Part shown: positions 60,771 to 64,000 of the stretch, in pieces | How the letters are laid out: each line of letters begins with the position of its first letter | Position numbering within the stretch: position 1 is the stretch's first letter | Assembly: GCA_977018835.1 (NCBI GenBank) | Contig: OZ361258.1 | Span: 3,720,001-3,784,000, forward strand | Source of the DNA: Minutocellus sp. GHC0000111 | Taxonomy: Eukaryota | Length of the DNA stretch: 64,000 bases | Direction: 5' to 3' | Notes under the pieces: generated by a model | Database searches by the model: none | Told to the model about the DNA's origin: nothing | The model's input: only the letters and a program-made list of their open reading frames with translations | Program-made: the position numbers and the translations under genes

Positions 60771-61763
60771 TCACTTTTCAGTATTGTCCGCATTATTGTC
60801 GTCGTTGCCAATTGCGGCAGCGGCTGGGGTACCGGCAGTGCGAGCGGCAGCGGCTGGGGTACCGGCTGCAGCATCAGTGGAAGGACTAGAAGCAGGAGAG
60901 CCATCAGCAGCGGCTGGGGTACTGGCGATGGACTTTGCAGCGGCTGGGGCACCGGCAGTGGGAGCGGCTGGGGTACCGGCTGCAGCATCACTGAAAGGAC
61001 CAGAAGCAGGAGATCCATCATCATTGCGAGATGGAGTCCGATGAGTTGGAGGGGATCCCGTCTTGGTCTCGGTGTACATCGGGATCTTCCTCATCTTGGA
61101 GGTGACCTTGGTGACCCTCACGAAGGTGTTTTTATGCTCGAGGAATTCCATTACCTTCTCCAGGTCACTGATCACCTTTGCTCGTTGCTTTCTTGTTTCA
61201 GTTATGGATTGGGTCGCGACGTCGGGGCAAGCTTTGATGAGTCTGGTCAGCTTCGCAGGTTTCGTTCCCTCCAAGTCCGTTGGTCCTAGAGCAATCTTGG
61301 CAGCTTTGATGATGCTAACAATCCTGTCTTTTGCCTCTCTGCCCAGATCGCTCTGATCCTTGGCGACAGCAGGCACTGTTCTGACGAGGGCTCCACCCAC
61401 GATGGATGAATTAGCAGCAGCTGTCTCAGCGACAACTTTTTCGGAGAGCGCTCTGACCTCGGGGGTGATGTTGATTGTTTTGGCGTTGGGCGAGGATCCC
61501 TGCTTGGATGGCGTCGATGGTGACGTCTTGCTCTTCTTCGACGGCGATTCCTTGTCATCATTGTCCTTGTCGGCACCACTTTTCTCGATCTTCTCGTCAC
61601 CTTCTGCGTTCTCCTCATCATTCTTTTGCTTGTCGGCATTCTCTTCCACTGGCAACTTGCGTTTCGCAGCTTCTTGGCAACACCAATGATTGCGGCACAG
61701 GAACAAAAATGTGAGCCGCCACGAAAATTCTCGGAGAATGGCACTGACTGTCCACTGTGTCAT
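60771..61763 (-). CDS. Hypothetical protein with (G/S)TPAAA repeats; 5' end uncertain
   Basis: 330-aa ORF with an acidic/basic N-terminal part and nucleotide repeats GCAGCGGCTGGGGTACCGGC at ~60815-61020. Confidence 0.45.
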   Translation of the reverse strand: MTQWTVSAILREFSWRLTFLFLCRNHWCCQEAAKRKLPVEENADKQKNDEENAEGDEKIEKSGADKDNDDKESPSKKSKTSPSTPSKQGSSPNAKTINITPEVRALSEKVVAETAAANSSIVGGALVRTVPAVAKDQSDLGREAKDRIVSIIKAAKIALGPTDLEGTKPAKLTRLIKACPDVATQSITETRKQRAKVISDLEKVMEFLEHKNTFVRVTKVTSKMRKIPMYTETKTGSPPTHRTPSRNDDGSPASGPFSDAAAGTPAAPTAGAPAAAKSIASTPAAADGSPASSPSTDAAAGTPAAAARTAGTPAAAAIGNDDNNADNTEK

Positions 61764-61899
61764 GGAACACGAAAAATGTGACCACCATCAGTTTTCCTTA
61801 CCTCTTGACGTTGGCAATGGTCTCGCCTTAGGCGATCTGCTGCGTGCTTTTGGGGCCTTGGTAGCGGGTCTCCCTCCGAGACAGCAAATCATTTCATCC

Positions 61900-62700
61900 A
61901 AAACCAATCGAACAAATCGTGGCATCGACACAGGACGAATGCGTGTGTGCATCCCCACTCCGTCAGGCTCAAAGTTGTGGTTTGACAAGCAGCACACCAT
62001 GGCCCCTCTGCTGAGGATTGTTGCGTTAACCGGAAGATTTGGAAAATGAGCTTTGCACACCTTCGCCTTTCCCCTTGTTGACTCTCACCTTGTCTTGATT
62101 ACAGAGCAACAGGGTTGTTCGCACTTGCTTGACGAGACACACACCTCTTGCAGCAGCAGCTTGCGGCAGTAGTTAAAAACTCGTTTTTGGACTTTTTGAA
62201 TGCAAACAAGTGCATGGTTGTGCCAGTCTTTGTTATGGCATTGACTTCAGTGTTGCTGAAGTTTGCAAGATGGTAGTTCATTAGTTCACTTGCGTCGGCT
62301 GGAGTTGACTCTCCCCCACTCACACCTTCCAAGAAGGGCGGCAGTCAGCCGGACCAGTGAACCAAGGCCAACAGCCAAACACGCAGTTGACAGAGCATTT
62401 GTTGACCCAGGAGACAAAAAGTTCGAGTCAGGAAACCCTGGCCTGCTCTACATGGCAGTGTCAAGGGCAACAACACTTGGCGAGAACACCAGCAGCAGCA
62501 GCACCACCACACCGGCGCACCGAGTCCACCAAGTAAGTCTCAACTCAGCCATCTACTTCACAGGGCACAACATGACTTTGCACAGAGTGACAAACTTGAA
62601 ACTGAAAAAGAACGGGGATGAATATGAAAAAGTTCAACTAAGGAACAAGTGGGTGGCACGAGTCGAAGCAAACACCGTGGGAATGCAGCTAGCTCCAGGA
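61900..62700. mobile_element. Decayed Helitron/PIF1-like helicase fragments on opposite strands
   Basis: Plus strand: DPGDKKFESGNPGLLYMAVSRATTLG..SAIYFTG (motif VI-like). Minus strand: HLFA..K, NNPVA and RGAMV..NFEP.G.H (cf. GA.V.L..N....GL.NG). Confidence 0.6.
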
Positions 62701-63320
62701 GACACGCCAGAGGCGGCAGTGTTGGACTGGTGTAAAAATGAGCCAAGAAGAACTCGAACAAGCAACAGCCAATCCGGCATGGAGAGCAAACCTAATCAGA
62801 GACCTAAATTATTAGCCAAAAATGCAAGCTAGCCAGGCACAAAACAAACACAGAATCAAACAGGCAGGCTCTTCACAGAGAGTCACTTGTTACCAACACT
62901 TAAACACTCCCATGTCCATGTGTGCACAGCAGCAGATGCAGCGGAGAGAAACAACAACATTCCAGCAAAGTGCCAAAGGGTGTTTGTTGGTAAAGAGAGG
63001 CCACATCAACCCTACCCATGCATCAACCCTCTCAATCAAAACCTGCTAACATATGAACATTCATCGCCCTATATTTTTACTTTCAATTTTGCCGCGGGTC
63101 GCCAGGAACACGGCTAAATCGGCCCTCGGCTCAGAACCCGGAAAACAATAGAGGCCGCCCGGGCCCATCCTTTCTTTCCTTCTTTCCGAGCTTCCTTCTT
63201 CCTTTCCTCCGGGTTCAAACTAAACTCAGGTAATGGTGGCTGTGCTTGTTGAGGAAATCCAAAATTGAGCTCACTTTTTGCCATTCGCGCGACAGAGGCG
63301 ACCTGTGTGAGAAAGAACCC

Positions 63321-64000
63321 ATGGACAAGTACCGACTCGTAGGGGAGCGTCGACCTGGGGAAGAGGCGGCCGCTGCAGCTGCTGCATCTGCATCCGCTGT
63401 AGCTGACGAGGGCGACAGCAAGCCTCCTGCTGTCGACAAATCGGCGCAACCGGCACAAGCAGCATCTGCTGGTGCCAATGCGGGAGAGCAGGCATCAGCA
63501 GAGGGAGCAGGTGCTGCCACCAGCGGTACTGGTAGTGGTAGTAGTGGTAGTTCTGATCCCAATGAAATACGCATAACGCAGCAGGGCAAGCCACGGAATT
63601 ACATCTCGTACGCCATCGGCTTGTTCGACCAGGAGGACAATGACAGCATCACTCTCAAGGCGATGGGGAGGGCGATCAACAAATGCGTTACGATTACAGA
63701 CATCCTCAAGAGGAAGATGCCTCTCCATCAGATCACCAAGCTATCGTCCGAGGAGATAATCGACGTCTTCGAACCGCTCGAGGAGGGCCTTGATGTGGTG
63801 GAAAGCAAGCGTTACGTCAGCTGTATGGTCGTGACGCTGAGCAAGACTGGAAAGAATATGGATACGAGCGATATCGGATATCAGGCACCGCTCCCCCTCG
63901 AGGACATACCTAGGTACAACCTGGAGATTTCAATAATAGGCCAACGTTTGATCGATCAGAAACTCCCACGGCAGCCGGCGGCGGTGGCGGTAGTGGAGGC
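63321..64000 (+). CDS. Alba-domain (Rpp25-like) RNA-binding protein, 3'-partial; 8-bp insertion at 63909-63916
   Basis: MDKYR...NEIRITQQGKPRNYISYA..LKAMGRAINKCVTITDILKR..FEPLEEGLD..GYQAPLP. Confidence 0.9.
   Translation, partial: MDKYRLVGERRPGEEAAAAAAASASAVADEGDSKPPAVDKSAQPAQAASAGANAGEQASAEGAGAATSGTGSGSSGSSDPNEIRITQQGKPRNYISYAIGLFDQEDNDSITLKAMGRAINKCVTITDILKRKMPLHQITKLSSEEIIDVFEPLEEGLDVVESKRYVSCMVVTLSKTGKNMDTSDIGYQAPLPLEDIPRYNLEISIIGQRLIDQKLPRQPAAVAVVE

Overview
Eukaryotic genomic window, very probably from a diatom (short GT-AG introns, signal+F plastid presequence, diatom-type delta-6 desaturase, CoDi-like Ty1/copia elements). Core-gene blocks lie at ~1-21.0 kb (RUS1-family, Uso1/p115, partial organellar-type GlyRS, a ZnF/PWWP-like C5 DNA methyltransferase, plastid ABC-F), ~46.6-57.4 kb (ECH1-like, eIF2A, sulfotransferase, HMG box, delta-6 desaturase, NO66/RIOX1) and from 63.3 kb (Alba). 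Two TE-rich accessory tracts (21.2-46.5 kb and 57.5-63.2 kb) separate them. These hold copia, LINE, P-like, MITE and Helitron remnants, MCM9, a tRNA-Ser, and divergent chromatin/DNA genes (DOT1-like, RPA1N-Ubox-Sel1, an H3 variant, a degenerate DNMT3-like protein). Three signals stand out. (1) Repeats show an apparent TpA->TpG/CpA transition bias, readable between the two LTRs of one copia element. (2) Palindromic TA-x-TA insertions are abundant and behave like transposon excision footprints; they form tandem arrays and frameshift the Alba gene and a LINE, and a separate 8-bp-TSD footprint rewrites the RIOX1 C-terminus. (3) Two unusual cytosine-methyltransferase-like genes are present. All calls come from manual motif reading; no searches were run.
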